DNA of 64,000 bases from Mobula hypostoma. Lineage: Eukaryota. The DNA is taken from assembly GCF_963921235.1 (NCBI RefSeq), contig NC_086097.1, positions 153,142,001 to 153,206,000 of the forward strand. The letters run 5' to 3'. Made by a program: the position numbers and the translations under genes. Under the pieces are notes generated by a model. It was not told the DNA's origin. It saw nothing but the letters and a program-made list of their open reading frames with translations, and did not search any database. Shown here piece by piece: positions 50,551 through 64,000 of this stretch (position 1 is the first letter of the stretch; each line of letters starts with the position of its first letter).

Positions 50551-51367
50551 AAAATTTTCAGAAGAACATTAAAAAAATTCATTAATGTGTGCGTATTCAT
50601 TTAATAACTGCATTCTGGTGAAGGGTCCATGCATTTCTTTTGTTCCCCTCTCTCTTGAGTTTTCTGCATGCTTCAAATCTCAAGTAACTACATATTTTCT
50701 TCAGTTTATGATCAACATAATCTCTTTGTACTTGTACTCAATTCCTTCATTTGTAAACCCAAACTACCATTGGCATTTTTATGTATTATCCAGATTCACT
50801 CTCACTGAAAAATAAGTAAATTTATAGATTACTTCACTCGTTCACATTCATCAATGTCTTATAAGAAATTATATTTCCATTCCCAGTTAATTCTTCCAAA
50901 ATGCATTCTAACAACTTTCGTTTCTTAAATTGAATCTTGTACTTGTCTTCCATTCCATCAAATATCTGTCATTTAAAAAACAATTCAAACCCTAAAACGT
51001 ACAAACTCTTGGGAGATTATAAAACACAGACTTACTTGTAAATTACAATTATTTATTTAAGGACTCTAAATCATTATAGTTGGAATTAATAAAATATAGA
51101 AAATGGTATCATGAGGAGGCCATTTGGCTCTTTGCTCCTCTGCTGCCATTCAACACAATAATGGCTGATCATCCACGTGAGTGCTGTTTCCACTTTTTCC
51201 CCATTTCCTTTAATTTTATTAGCATAAAGAGATATATCTGTTTCTTTCTTCAACCAATGTAATGACCACTGACTTCTGTGATAAAGAATTCCATTAATTC
51301 ACCATCTTCCAGGTGGAACAATTTCTCCTGATCTTGGATCTAATAACGTTTTTTTCCAATTTGTTTA

Positions 51368-54300
51368 ATAGAAACATAGAAACATAGAAAATAGGTGCAG
51401 GAGTAGGACATTCGGCCCTTCGAGCCTGCACCGCCATTTATTATGATCATGGCTGATCCTCCAACTCAGAACCCCGCCCCAGCCTTCCCTCCATACCCCC
51501 TGACCCCCGTAGCCACAAGGGCCATATCTAACTCCCTCTTAAATATAGCCAATGAACTGGCCTCAACTGTTTCCTGTGGCAGAGAATTCCACAGATTCAC
51601 CACTCTCTGTGTGAAGAAGTTTTTCCTAATCTCGGTCCTAAAAGGCTTCCCCTCTATCCTCAAACTGTGGCCCCTCGTTCTGGACTTCCCCAACATCGGG
51701 AACAATCTTCTTGCATCTAGCCTGTCCAATCCCTTTAGGATCTTATACGTTTCAATCAGATCCCCCCTCAATCTTCTAAATTCCAACGAGTACAAGCCCA
51801 GTTCATCCAGTCTTTCTTCATATGAAAGTCCTGCCATCCCAGGAATCAATCTGGTGAACCTTCTTTGTACTCCCTCTATGGCAAGGATGTCTTTCCTCAG
51901 ATTAGGGGACCAAAACTGCACACAATACTCCAGGTGTGGTCTCATCAAGGCCTTGTACAACTGCAGTAGTACCTCCCTGCTCCTGTACTCGAATCCTCTC
52001 GCTATAAATGCCAGCATACCATTCGCCTTTTTCACCGCCTGCTGTACCTGCATGCCCACTTTCAATGACTGGTGTATAATGACACCCAGGTCTCGTTACA
52101 CTTCCCCTTTTCCTAATCGGCCACCATTCAGATAATAATCTGTTTTCCTATTTTTGCCACCAAAGTGGATAACTTCACATTTATCCACATTAAATTGCAT
52201 CTGCCATGAATTTGCCCACTCACCCAACCTATCCAAGTCACCCTGCATCCTCTTAGCATCCTCCTCACAGCTAACACTGCCACCCAGCTTCGTGTCTTCC
52301 ACAAACTTGGAGATGCTGCATTTAATTCCCTCATCCAAGTCATTAATATATATTGTAAAACAACTGGGGTCCCAGCACTGAGCCTTGCGGTACCCCACTA
52401 GTCACCGCCTGCCATTCTGAAAAGGTCCCGTGTATTCCCACTCTTTGCTTCCTGTCTGCTAACCAATTCTCCACCCACACCAATACCTTACCCCCAATAC
52501 CGTGTGCTTTAAGTTTGCACACTAATCTCCTGTGTGGGACCTTGTCAAAAGCCTTTTGAAAATCCAAATATACCACATCCACTGGTTCTCCCCTATCCAC
52601 TCTACTGGTTACATCCTCAAAAAATTCTATGAGATTCGTCAGACATGATTTTCCTTTCACAAATCCATGCTGACTTTGTCCGATCATTTCACTGCTTTCC
52701 AAATGTGCTGTTATCACATCCTTGATAACTGACTCCAGCAGTTTCTCCACCACCGACGTTAGGCTAACCGGTCTATAATTCCCCGGTTTCTCTCTCCCTC
52801 CTTTTTTAAAAAGTGGAGTTACATTAGCCACCCTCCAATCCTCAGGAACTAGTCCAGAATCTAACGAGTTTTGAAAAATTATCACTAATGCATCCACTAT
52901 TTCTTGGGCTACCTCCTTAAGCACTCTAGGATGCAGACCATCTGGCCCTAGGGATTTATCTGCCTTCAATCCCTTCAATTTACCTAACACCACTTCCCTA
53001 CTAACATGTATTTCGCTCAGTTCCTCCATCCCACTGGACCCTCTGTCCCCTACTATTTCTGGAAGATTATTTATGTCCTCCTTAGTGAAGACAGAACCAA
53101 AGTAATTATTCAATTGGTCTGCCATGTCCTTGCTCCCCATAATCAATTCACCTGTTTCTGTCTGCAGGGGACCTACATTTGTCTTAACCAGTCTTTTCCT
53201 CTTTACATATCTATAAAAGCTTTTACAGTCAGTTTTTATGTTCCCTGCCAGTTTTCTCTCATAATCTTTTTTCCCCTTCCTAATTAAGCCCTTTGTCCTC
53301 CTCTGCTGAACTCTGAATTTCTCCCAGTCCTCAGGTGAGCCACTTTATCTGGCTAATTTGTATGCTTCTTCTTTGGAATTGATACTATCCCTAATTTCTC
53401 TTGTCAGCCACGGGTGCACTACCTTCCTTGATTTATTCTTTTGCCAAACTGGGATGAACAATTGTTGTAGTTCATCCATGCAACCTTTAAATGCTTGCCA
53501 TTGCATATCCACCGTCAATCCTTTAAGTGTCATTTGCCAGTCTATCTTAGCTAATTCACGTCTCATACCTTCAAAGTTACCCCTCTTTAAGTTCAGAACT
53601 TTTGTTTCTGAATTAACTATGTCACTCTCCATCTTAATGAAGAATTCCACCATATTATGGTCACTCTCACCCAAGGGGCCTCTCACAACAAGATCGCTAA
53701 TTAACCCTTCCTCATTGCTCAAAACCCAGTCCAGAATATCCTGCTCTCTCGTTGGTTCCTCGACATGTTGGTTCAAAAAACCATCCCGCATACATTCCAA
53801 GAAATCCTCTTCCTCAGCACCTTTACCAATTTGGTTCACCCAATCTACATGTAGATTGAAGTCACCCTTTATAACTGCTGTTCCTTTATTGCACACATTT
53901 CTAATTTCCTGTTTAATACCATCTCCGACCTCACTGCTACTGTTAGGTGGCCTGTACACAACTCCCACCAGCGTCTTCTGCCCCTTAGTGTTACGCAGCT
54001 CTACCCATATCGATTCCACATCTTCCCGGCTTATGTCCTTCCTTTGTATTGCGTTAATCTCTTCTTTAACCAGCAACGCCACCCCACCTCCCCTTCCTTC
54101 ATGTCTATCCCTCCTGAATATTGAATATCCCTGAACGTTGAGCTCCCATCCCTGGTCACCCTGGAGCCATGTCTCTGTGATCCCAACTATATCATAATCA
54201 TTAATAACAATCTGCACTTTCAATTCATCCACCTTATTACGAATGCTCCTTGCATTGACACACAAAGCCTTCAGGCGCTCTTTTACAACTCTCTTAGCCC

Positions 54301-54757
54301 TTATACAATTATGCTGAAAAGTGGCCCTTTTTAATGCTTGCCCTGGATTTGTCGGCCTGCCACTTTTACTTTTCTCCTTAGTACTTTTTGCTTCTACCCT
54401 CACTTTACACCCCTCTGTCTCTCTGCACTGGTTCCCATCCCCCTGTTGTGAACTAACCTCCTCACGCCTAGCCTCTTTAATTTGATTCCCACCCCCCAAC
54501 CATTCTAGTTTAAAGTCACCTCAGTAGCCCCCGCTAATCTCCCTGCCAGGATATTGGTCCCCCTAGGATTCAAGTGTAACCCGTCCTTTTTGTACAGGTC
54601 ACGCCTGTGCCAAAAGAGGTCCCAATGATCCAAAAACTTGAAACCCTGCCCCCTGCTCCAATCCCTCAGCCACGCATTTATCCTCCACCTCATCGCATTC
54701 CTACTCTCACTGTCGCGTGGCACAGGCAGTAATCCCGAGATTACTACCTTTGCGGTC
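51368..54757 (-). mobile_element. CR1 subfamily A with the ORF1 C-terminus (SGNH esterase-like) and a full-length but disrupted ORF2
   Basis: ORF1 'KKDGLHLNPRG'; APE in 53345-54499; RT downstream; stops at 53345 and 52096 and a frameshift near 52357; possible TSD TTTCCAATTT (51353-51362, 54761-54770). Confidence 0.96.
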
Positions 54758-55224
54758 CAATTTCCAATTTTATAACATTCCATGAAAACCCCTCAGTTAA
54801 GTCATCTTAAAAGGAAATGAATGCCTTCCCAAATGGAAAAATCCCATGCAAAGGCAGTTTTAAAAAAACCTGTATCCAATCAACTTACTTGAGTTGCTGT
54901 ATTTATTTTTCTTATTCTGAAGGCCATGGGTTTTGAGATGGCAACATAATCTAAGATGACCTCCCAGTAGAGGGATTAAAGAATGCTGATGTGTCAAAGA
55001 TACAGTTGTGCCCTTAAGACCTATATTCATACCTCAGTTACCTGTGTGGGTAAAAACCCTGGGGTTCATTATATATATAGCTGTGACTTCTCAATGGGCT
55101 GACTGGTTTTCCTGCTTCAACTTCTGTAACCAATAAATAACTTAGTTAGTGATTCACTTAATTCAGAGGTTTTAAATGATTGGGCTAATGATCTTATTCC
55201 TCCAAGTAATGACTCTGATTACAA

Positions 55225-55979
55225 TTCATTTCAAAGGTTCATTTATTATCAAAGTATGCAACTCTGAAATTCTTCTTCTCTAGATGGCCAAAAAACCAAG
55301 AAAGAAAAGAACAGCAGCATGATTTTTAACCCCAAATTCCCACTCCCTGCACAAAAAAACAAACAAATGGAAGAGGCACATCAACCCCCAAATTATTCTC
55401 CCGGCACACAAAAAAAAGGAGAAAGATTAGGCAAAAAACACACAATACAAAAAAAATATATAAGATTGAAAATTGGTCCATAGTCCAAGTCCACAACCAA
55501 AATGCAGAAAACCTTAACAACATTGTTCCTCTCCGTAGCAGAGCAATCTCACCAGTGATAAAGAGGCAGTCTCCTCTCTAGATAGCAGAGCAATCTCACC
55601 AGTGATGAAAAGACAGTCCCCCCTTTCCAGCCGCAGTGCGAGCCCTCAGGAATGAAAAAAACACCAGCCAGCGTTTCAATATCCCTTATCACTTTAATTG
55701 GTGAACAATGGAAGCTTTAATAGGTGAAATGGATCAAATGTAAGCTCACAGCCTTCTCGCCATTAGGTTCCCACATACAACCTTTGCATCCCGGACTTCC
55801 CTCAGAGACTGCAGAGCACTGGAACACTCAAACAATCTCCAAACTGTGATTCCAGAATTACATTAAAGATGAAATATAAAAATAAAAAACATAAAAGAAG
55901 TGAAATATACGGTTTCATGATCTATCCAGAAGATGTTGACCAATGGAGAGTTGTAGGCAGGTGCCATCTTGACCAGGAC
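55225..55979 (-). mobile_element. Non-coding, non-autonomous retroposon with a Rex1-like tail
   Basis: Minus strand starts 'gtcctggtcaagatggcac' and ends 'tactttgataataaatgaacctttgaa', like Rex1 3' ends in this window; internal 24-bp duplication at about 55536 and 55583. Confidence 0.55.
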
Positions 55980-57720
55980 CACTTTCCAACCATGTTATAA
56001 TACTACGTAAAACATGATTTTTCTTTTGTTTGGAGTCATAGCTACCTAATTAATCCTTTTTCATTGAGGCTTAGGTAAATATTGATGAAATTTATGCACC
56101 TGATCTAAATCCATCTGTGGTGTCCTGATTAGAAGACAATGTCTAATGAGATTACAATGTAACCGTGACAAATAACATAGCAACTCTTCATTCAAGATAG
56201 GTCCTCACCTTCACAAAGCTTTCATAAGTCTAAATTCAAGTTACTCGCTCCTTCATGTCATGTTATATATTCCCGTAAGAATTCTCACTGTCTGAGGGAA
56301 CCGTGGCAACTCTTTCACTTAAATTTATAACTTACTGTACCAATATATTGGAATTCTTATCCTTCACCATGATCATCCTTCACTTTTGACAAATTGTCAG
56401 ATTGATAACCTCCTCAAATCCAAAACAAAACTCCACAATAAATATTTAAGGTATTTTACCTATGATGTGACTATGTGACTTGTAAATCATTTAATTGGAT
56501 AGAAGATGGCTTGGAATGTCCTGGAGTCTCAGAAGGCTGTAAATTTCTTCTTTTATTAAATTTGAACTTCTTTTCTTCTGTAATAAAAATTCCATTTCAC
56601 CTATTTCAATAAAATCAAGATACTGTATATATCAGAATAGCTTTCAACATATTGTTTAGGGAAAACCAGAGAATTATGTGTAACAGGATTTCTCAAAATG
56701 AAGCAACCAAACATACTGGCCTGTGAGTACCCTGACAAGTCATTAGTCAAGAAAACTGTCCTTGCTGTTGATTTGTCAATTTCCCAGCAGCACGTCATAA
56801 TGTAAATGTGTTATTTCACATCCATTTCTTTGCTACATTCTGTGAAATGTTGTTATGAATTTATCTTGTATCACACTATTTAGAGACAAATATGCCAATC
56901 ATTGGCACTACTGTATCATTTCCTGGTACATCAAAGATAAGTTGAAATTCATTGCTGTGTTCAAGTGGAGCTGAATTTGTGTAATTTAGAAGGAATGAGG
57001 AAGGGAAAAGATGAAAGATATCTCCTTATGTTCATTTAAGTAAATTGCCAAGCCACAGCCCTGAGATTAAATTCTGACATGCAAGTAAACTCAGCAAATA
57101 AAATTCATAGAACTGACTTCTCACATCTTGATATTCTATTATTATTCTTCTGCAAGCTATTCTACAGGATGACACGCAAGCTGAATGGATTTTGGCTCAA
57201 TAGTCAGCGCATAACATCATTAGAAGTGGTAACCAAGATGAAGAGGAAGGGTTATTTTTCAAAATATAACAAATATTGAGGCATAATTATAAACCCTTAA
57301 ATAATATAACTACATTTATTTTCCCAACAAAATGATAACAATTGCTTTTGCATTCTTTGTCAGGTCACAATACTTTCAATAATTCAGTGCAGCTTTTACT
57401 GCAGCAATATACCATTAAGGTTAAAAAAAGAGCACGTTTCTGCAAAATACTTGATAGTTATATAACACCATCCACATCCCTTTCAAGATGTTCTAAAGCA
57501 CTTTGAAGAGCTGTAGTAATGAAAATATAGTATTCATTTCTCATTTATCATGATTCCACAAATCACACATTAATCTATTTTACTAGTGTTCAATAAGAGT
57601 TAACATTAGGCTCAATAATGATGGTATCCCCTTGATCACTTCAAAATAGTGTTATGGGATCTTTTACTTCTTACTGATATCTAGTTTTAATATCTCATAC
57701 AAAACAATACATCTCTTATG

Positions 57721-57855
57721 GTAACACAGGCAAAATGCTGGAGGAACTCAACAGGCCAGGCAGCATCTATGTAAAAGAGTAAACAGTCGATGTTTCAGTT
57801 TGAGACCCTTCATCAGGACTGCATATTTCTGCATCTGCAGATTTTCTCATATTTC
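57721..57855 (-). repeat. pLTR derivative with an inverted tail fragment
   Basis: Minus strand cagtc-CTGATGA-agggtctcaaact-GAAAC-ATC-gactg; stem II is damaged. Confidence 0.75.
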
Positions 57856-59627
57856 TTTCACTTCCTCATTAAAGCACTGGAGCGTCGTATTGGATAATTG
57901 TAAGACATTGCAGCAGGATTCAAAGACCGTCTAATTCAGCAGTAAGAATGCTAGCATTCACCTAAATCACATATAGCAATAAGGTAAATTCTCATTATCA
58001 CTTTTCGTTTTAGTGCTTTGAAGGTGTTTTGTACTTGACTAATTATGTGTTTTGTATAAACATATAATTAATCAAGCAGTATTCATTTTCCAAGCAGATG
58101 GGATTAGTTCACATTGACACCATGAATAGCACAAGTATGGGGGGTGGGGGGACTCTGCTGTACTGGAGTCATAGAGTTATAGTCATACACTGTGGCAACT
58201 GGTCATTTGGCCCAACTAATCAATGCTTACCAAGATGCCTATGGAGCAAAAATCTGTTTATCATTTGAAATTAGTAAGTCCAACATGTATGTCAAGCATA
58301 ATTGATGTAGTCCGTACTTGGCAGTATGAGTGTCACCTTGGACAGGTTTGGATTGAGAACAAGCAGCTGACTTCATATTAAACGATCTTCATGGCAAGTT
58401 TGCTTTAAGAATAATCAGACAAATGCTTGCTTCAACACATAAATACCAGGTCCATTTGCACTCTGCTTTCACTTTCTACTTTTCTCCATGACAATTACTG
58501 TACAAAAAGCCTTGTACTTTTTGAAGGAGTCAGTCTACCTCTGTACAGACACGTAGGAAGTCAGTGAAAGGTGTAGCTGAACAGGTAATAGTAGACATGT
58601 TTTCCTGAAGAGCAGAAATGCTCTAATTCATAAAAGGAGGATTTGGAGTATTTGGGTAAACAGAAGGAATTTCAGAAGATACAGTGCATCGAGCTACTAG
58701 ATGGCACTACTTTACAAACCATTCAGCTTTCCTTTCCATTCAACCCAAAATGCATCAGACTAATACAAGTTCAAGTTTAGTTGTCATTCAACTATACATG
58801 AATACAAAAAATACAAAAATAACACAAACCTTCATACAAAAAATAGGGAGCAACATGTTCTGCATTGAGGTTCGATTCATTGAAACATTCCACAAATGAG
58901 GCAAGAGTGAGCAAGAAGAGCTGTGAAAGAGAGTGTTTTTAAATAGGGCACTCCAAATTGGGATAAAGACTTTTTTCTCTTAATTGCAAATTCAATGACG
59001 AGGAACCATTCATTTAACAATGTCACCTTGATGGTAATAAAGGAAATTACGAGCAAACTATATAAAATGAGGATTATTGAAGTGTGAAATGTATTGCCAT
59101 GGGAATTGGTGAAAGTGGGAATTATTGCACAATGCTGATTTTTTTTTAGCTCTGTAGGGTTGCAACTGACATGGTGAACTAAAGGCACTTCAACTAAGTT
59201 CTGGTACAAATCAGTTTTTATTTGTACTTCAGTTACTTAAAATTATCATCATCATTCAATTACTGGTTAACACCTTTGCACTTAACTCACAGTTCTAATT
59301 CATCACCTATTCTACTGAATCATAAAATCTGTAGGTTGGACTTACAGGTTACTCCTGTGAGATGATCTAGCCAGGCTCATTCTGAAGGGATATGCTTTTT
59401 TCTGAGACTTGAATTTGAGGGCCTTCTTCTGTGACTGTTACTCTGAGATTGTTGTTATTCATATCATCAAGAGTCCTTTTATATGTTGTTTCTGGCCTTC
59501 CAGGATGTTTGATGACCTACCCCTGTCCACTGCTCTCATGATTCTGAAATTATTCATTCCTTTGCCTTTATAAAAGTCAGGTAACCCTGAAAATGAGTAA
59601 CTACTGATCCAGTTGTCTACTAACTTA

Positions 59628-59707
59628 CAGGGGTTCCCTAACATTTTTATGCCATAGACCAATACCATTAAGCCAAGGGTCTGGGGACCTCAGGTTGGGA
59701 ACCCCCA
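59628..59707. mobile_element. hAT-like mini-MITE (80 bp)
   Basis: Imperfect TIRs CAGGGGTTCCCTAAC / GGTTGGGAACCCC; no clear TSD. Confidence 0.55.
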
Positions 59708-61287
59708 CTCTCAATCTTCTTATGTTCCTGCACATTCTAATTGCCATGCTAGATCTTGATACAACCAGTCAGGATATTTTCAAGACCACATCTGTTTGTT
59801 AGAATGTTCAGCAACGTGCCCAACCTCCTAAGAAAGAAGCTGGTGTGCTTTCATTATAAATGCACCTATGTGCTGGTCCCAGGACAAGTCATCCAATATG
59901 TTAATGCCCAGAAATATAAAGCTGCTAACTCTCTCCACCAACAAATCTATAATGTAGAGTGATACATGCTCATCCTCCTTCACTTCCTGAAGTCAACAAT
60001 AACCTCTTTAGTTTTAGTTAGGGAGGGTCAATGGAAACGTGCTGAATTTCCTTATTCATGCTGTTGACAATATGGCACACAATTCTGGCAAGCTTCAAAG
60101 ATACTTATTACACTTTATGTGGCAAGTTACATCATAATAAAGGATATAGGCATGTACAACATTGGATACGAAAAGGAGCAGAGACATTTCAGGTTGTGAT
60201 CACGGGTCAAGTAAAAACAATCAAGACTCCACATACAAATAAAGTTAATGACAATGGCAGGTACAAGGAAGCTTTAAGTTATGACAAAATTAAGTGATTT
60301 TAAAACAAAAGAAATGGATATTGCCCATCCCCTCCACACATTACTTAAGTTATCTGTGCATAATGTTGATCAGCATTACTTTCAGAACTTTGGATTCTAT
60401 AGTTAACAATAGAAGCGACAATTGAAGTTAAGGGCTAGCATTAATCAAAATGTGGGCAAAGGATGATCAAGTCCTGGGCTCTAGCATTCAGTATGGTGGG
60501 ACAGTGAGTGTAGAGTTCTGAAGGGGGCTGAGGGCAAGTAACATTCAAAAACAAAAGTAGTGAATGCTTTAGCAAAAAGGCTAAACAGGGAAATAACAAA
60601 ACAAACCCAATTTAGGAATTACAAAAGAAGAAGGAAAGTTAAGGGTCAAAGTTGAGGTTATTGTCATATGCATAAGTACATGGGTGTAATAAAGAAACAA
60701 GCTTGCAGTATTTTCACAGATGCATAGGATCATGTAAGCAGAATCCATAAGAAAAGCATAAATTAAGCATGAATTATACATAAATTTTACAAGAAAGAGA
60801 ACAATTTAAACAAAATTACACCAACCTAATTTTAATGGAAAGTGATCAAAGACGTCATGTTGTTGCTAAATTGTGGTGATCATGGTTATGCTGGCTGGTT
60901 CAAAAACCAAATGGCTGAAACGAAGTAAGTGTTCTTGAACCTGATTTTTGTTGAAGGCAGGTTAACTAGTAATTGGAAAAAGATGCAATACTGGCAATCT
61001 AAAATAAACTAAATGTTAGGTCCATTCAACAGATGAAACAGCATGAGTAGGGAAAAAAACAAGAGGATCCTTAACCTGGAACAACGCCTTGCTTTTCTCT
61101 GTCCACTGAAGCTTCTTGACTGGCTGAGCAGTTCCAGTGTTTACAATTTTTTCATATCCATTACTGGTTTATTGTTCTATCAAATAAATGTATGGGATTC
61201 AATGGACTGATTGTCTTCTTTCCTTTCACCATCTATAGATCTAGATGATTTGAAATACTAACAAAAGTGGGCCTGTTCTGCTTCATG

Positions 61288-61745
61288 TAACCACATAACA
61301 ATTACAGCACGGAAACAGGCCATCTCGGCCCTTCTAGTCTGTGCCGAACTCTTACTCTCACCTAGTCCCACTGACCTGCACTCAGCCCATAACCCTCCAT
61401 TCCTTTCCTGTCCATATAGCTATCCAATTTAACTTTAAATGACAACATCGAACCTGCCTCAACCACTTCTGCTGGAAGCTCGTTCCACACAGCTACCACT
61501 CTCTGAGTAAAAAAGTTCCCCTTCATGTTACCCCTAAGCTTTTGCCCTTTAACTCTCAACTCATGTCCTCTTGTTTGAATCTCCCCCACTCTCAATGGAA
61601 AATGCCTATCCTCGTCAACATCTATCCCCCTCATAATTTTAAATGCCTCTATCAAGTCCCTCCTCAACCTTCTATGCTCCAAAGAATAAAGATCCAACTT
61701 GTTCAACCTTTCTTTGTAACTTAGGAGATGAAACCCAGGTAACAT
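61288..61745 (-). mobile_element. CR1 3' fragment
   Basis: ORF 61362-61745 'LSYKERLNKLDLYSLE..RVVAVWNELP'. Confidence 0.88.
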
Positions 61746-62198
61746 GCCCCATTTTAAGGTTTAGAGCTCAGATTTTGCTAGTGTTTTGGGGGCAGTTTTG
61801 CATAAACCTATAAGCCCTCTCTCACACAAGTAGCAGCAAGTTTCTGGACACCCATACAAATGTGGACGTCAGATGTTTACCGAGATCCAAGATATGATGG
61901 CAGAATATGGTATTAATGGTAAGACTCTTAGCAGTGTGGAAGATCAGAGGAATCTTGGGGTCCGAGTCCATAGGACACTCAAAGCTACTGCACAGATTGA
62001 CTGTGTGGTTAAGAAGACATACAGTGCACTGGCCTTCATCAACCGTGAGAGTGAGTTCAAGAGCTGAGAGGTAATGTTACAGCTGCATAGGACCCTGGTC
62101 AGACCCCACATGGAGTACTGCACTCAGTTCTGGTCACCTCACTACAGGAAGGATGTAGAAACTATAGAAAGGGTGCAGAGGAGATTTACAAGAATATT

Positions 62199-63318
62199 AA
62201 GCAACATACATCAAAGTTGCTGGTGAACGCAGCAGGCCAAGCAGCATCTATAGGAAGAGGCGCAGTCGACGTTTCAGGCCGAGACCCTTCGTCAGGACTA
62301 ACTGAAGGAAGAGTGAGTAAGGGATTTGAAAGCTGGAGGGGGAGGGGGAGATGGAAAATGATAGGAGAAGACAGGAGGGGGAGGGATAGAGCCGAGAGCT
62401 GGACAGGTGATAGGCAAAAGGGGATACGAGAGGATCATGGGACAGGAGGCCTAGGGAGAAAGACGGGGGGGGGGTGACCCAGAGGATGGGCAAGAGGTAT
62501 ATTCAGAGGGACAGAGGGAGAAAAAGGAGAGTGAGAGAAAGAATGTGTGCATAAAAAGGAGTAACAGCTGGGGTACGAGGGGGAGGTGGGGCCTAGCGGA
62601 AGTTAGAGAAGTCAATGTTCATGCCATCAGGTTGGAGGCTACCCAGACGGAATATAAGGTGTTGTTCCTCCAACCTGAGTGTGGCTTCATCTTTACAGTA
62701 GAGGAGGCCGTGGATAGACATGTCAGAATGGGAATGGGATGTGGAATTAAAATATGTGGCCACTGGGAGATCCTGCTTTCTCTGGCGGACAGAGCGTAGA
62801 TGTTCAGCAAAGCGGTCTCCCAGTCTGCGTCGGGTCTCACCAATATATAAAAGGCCACATCGGGAGCACCGGATGCAGTATATCACCCCAGTCGACTCAC
62901 AGGTGAAGTGATGCCTCACCTGGAAGGACTGTTTGGGGCCCTGAATGGTGGTAAGGGAGGAAGTGTAAGGGCATGTGTAGCACTTGTTCCGCTTACACGG
63001 ATAAGTGCCAGGAGGGAGATCAGTGGGGAGGGATGGGGGGGACGAATGGACAAGGGAGTTGTGTAGGGAGCGATCCCTGCGGAATGCAGAGGGGGGGGAG
63101 GGAAAGATGTGCTTAGTGGTGGGATCCCGTTGGAGGTGGTGGAAGTTACGGAGAATAATATGTTGGACCCGGAGGCTGGTGGGGTGGTAGGTGAGGACCA
63201 GGGGAACCCTATTCCTAGTGGGGTGGTGGGAGGATGGAGTGAGAGCAGATGTACGTGAAATGGAGGAGATGCGTTTAAGAGCAGAGTTGATAGTGGAGGA
63301 AGGGAAGCCCCTTTCTTT
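62199..63318 (-). mobile_element. Penelope-like retroelement, 5'-truncated: Cys-rich linker, GIY-YIG endonuclease, 3' UTR and pLTR
   Basis: 'CKRNKCYTC' and 'GVIYCIRCSRCGLLYIGETRRRLGDRFAEH..L.P.GMN'; the frame is open 63318-62593; 14-bp TSD TTTACAAGAATATT (62185-62198, 63326-63339). Confidence 0.93.
62263..62300 (-). ncRNA. Minimal hammerhead ribozyme motif in the Penelope pLTR
   Basis: tagtc-CTGACGA-a-gggt(ctcg)gcct-GAAAC-GTC-gactg on the coding strand. Confidence 0.78.
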
Positions 63319-63470
63319 AATATTCTTTACAAGAATATTGTCTGGATTGGGGAGCATGCCTTGTGAAAATAGTTTGAGTGAACTTGACCTTTTCTCCTTG
63401 GAGCAATGGAGGATGAGAGGTGACCAGATAGAGGTATATAAGATGATGAGAGGCATTGATTGTGCAGATA

Positions 63471-63678
63471 AGAAGAACCCTTAACCCCGAGTGGAGTCAT
63501 CGGGATGCCATCAAGACGGTGTTTCTTTAGCAGGCTTTCTTAATTTTATGAGGCCGAGTTGCTAGATTGATGCTCAAACCAGCACAGATGGAAAACGTGC
63601 AAGGGAGCAGGCTGGATTTGAACTTGGGAGCCTTTGCTCCAAAGTCCAGCGCTAATGCCACTACGCCACCAGCTGGCA
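63471..63678 (-). mobile_element. tRNA-derived SINE
   Basis: Box A TGGCGTAGTGG and box B AGTTCAAATCC; 14-bp TSD with 2 mismatches (63457-63470, 63679-63692). Confidence 0.85.
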
Positions 63679-64000
63679 TGATTGTGTGGATAGTCAGAGG
63701 CTTTTTCCCAGGGTTGAAATGCCTAACATGTGAGGACATAGCTTTAAGGTGTTTGAAAGTAGGTACAGAGGAGATGTCAAGGCGTAAGTTTTCTATGCAG
63801 AGAGTGGTGAGTGCGTGGAATGGACTGCCAGAAACAATGGTGGAGGCGGATACAATAGGGTCTTTTAAGAGACTCCTGGATAAGTACATGGAGCTTAGAA
63901 AAATAGAGGGCTATGGGTAACCCGTGGTAATTTCTAGAGTAAATACATGCTCAGCACAGCATTGTGGGCCGAAGGGCCTATATTCTGCTGTAGATTTTCT

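Larger units (their letters stand above)
61870..64000 (+). mobile_element. CR1 3' portion split by Penelope and SINE insertions
   Basis: Collinear pieces at 61870-62198, 63340-63470 and 63693-64000. Confidence 0.88.

Noticed and set aside
51443..54134. Long + strand ORFs (230 aa and 258 aa) and similar ones opposite other CR1 copies
   Set aside because: Antisense shadows of CR1 ORF2 with no independent protein motifs.
62593..63318. Selenoprotein-type (Naiad) Penelope
   Set aside because: No in-frame TGA in the retained ORF and no SECIS element that I could support.
63319..63456. N-terminal 46 aa of the 287-aa ORF
   Set aside because: Lies outside the Penelope boundary; it is antisense host CR1 sequence plus the junction.
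1..64000. CRISPR array, prokaryotic operon or rRNA
   Set aside because: No regularly spaced repeats, gene-dense organisation or rRNA motifs; the content is vertebrate interspersed repeats.

Overview
Eukaryotic, repeat-dense DNA that looks intronic or intergenic. The repeat families suggest a cartilaginous fish, probably a ray (inference from repeat style only). I found no confidently supportable host protein-coding exon, and every long ORF belongs to a transposable element. Contents: several young and old CR1 LINEs (two young subfamilies with (TATGTTTC)n and (TCTTATGG)n tails), Rex1/Babar LINEs, an L2 3' end, two restriction-like-endonuclease LINEs (HERO-like and R4/Dong-like), an RTE remnant, a Gypsy-type solo LTR with a 5-bp TSD, a Tc1 remnant, a hAT-like mini-MITE and tRNA-derived SINEs. 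The most notable system is a Penelope-like family: a 5'-truncated GIY-YIG-coding copy plus about ten 100-230 bp terminal-repeat derivatives. These carry a minimal hammerhead ribozyme motif, several inserted independently with 10-14 bp TSDs, and one fold-back copy is centred exactly on the predicted ribozyme cleavage site. Other observations are a shared CR1 5'-truncation point, deep nesting, modular SINEs, a structured HERO 3' end and a few candidate enhancers.
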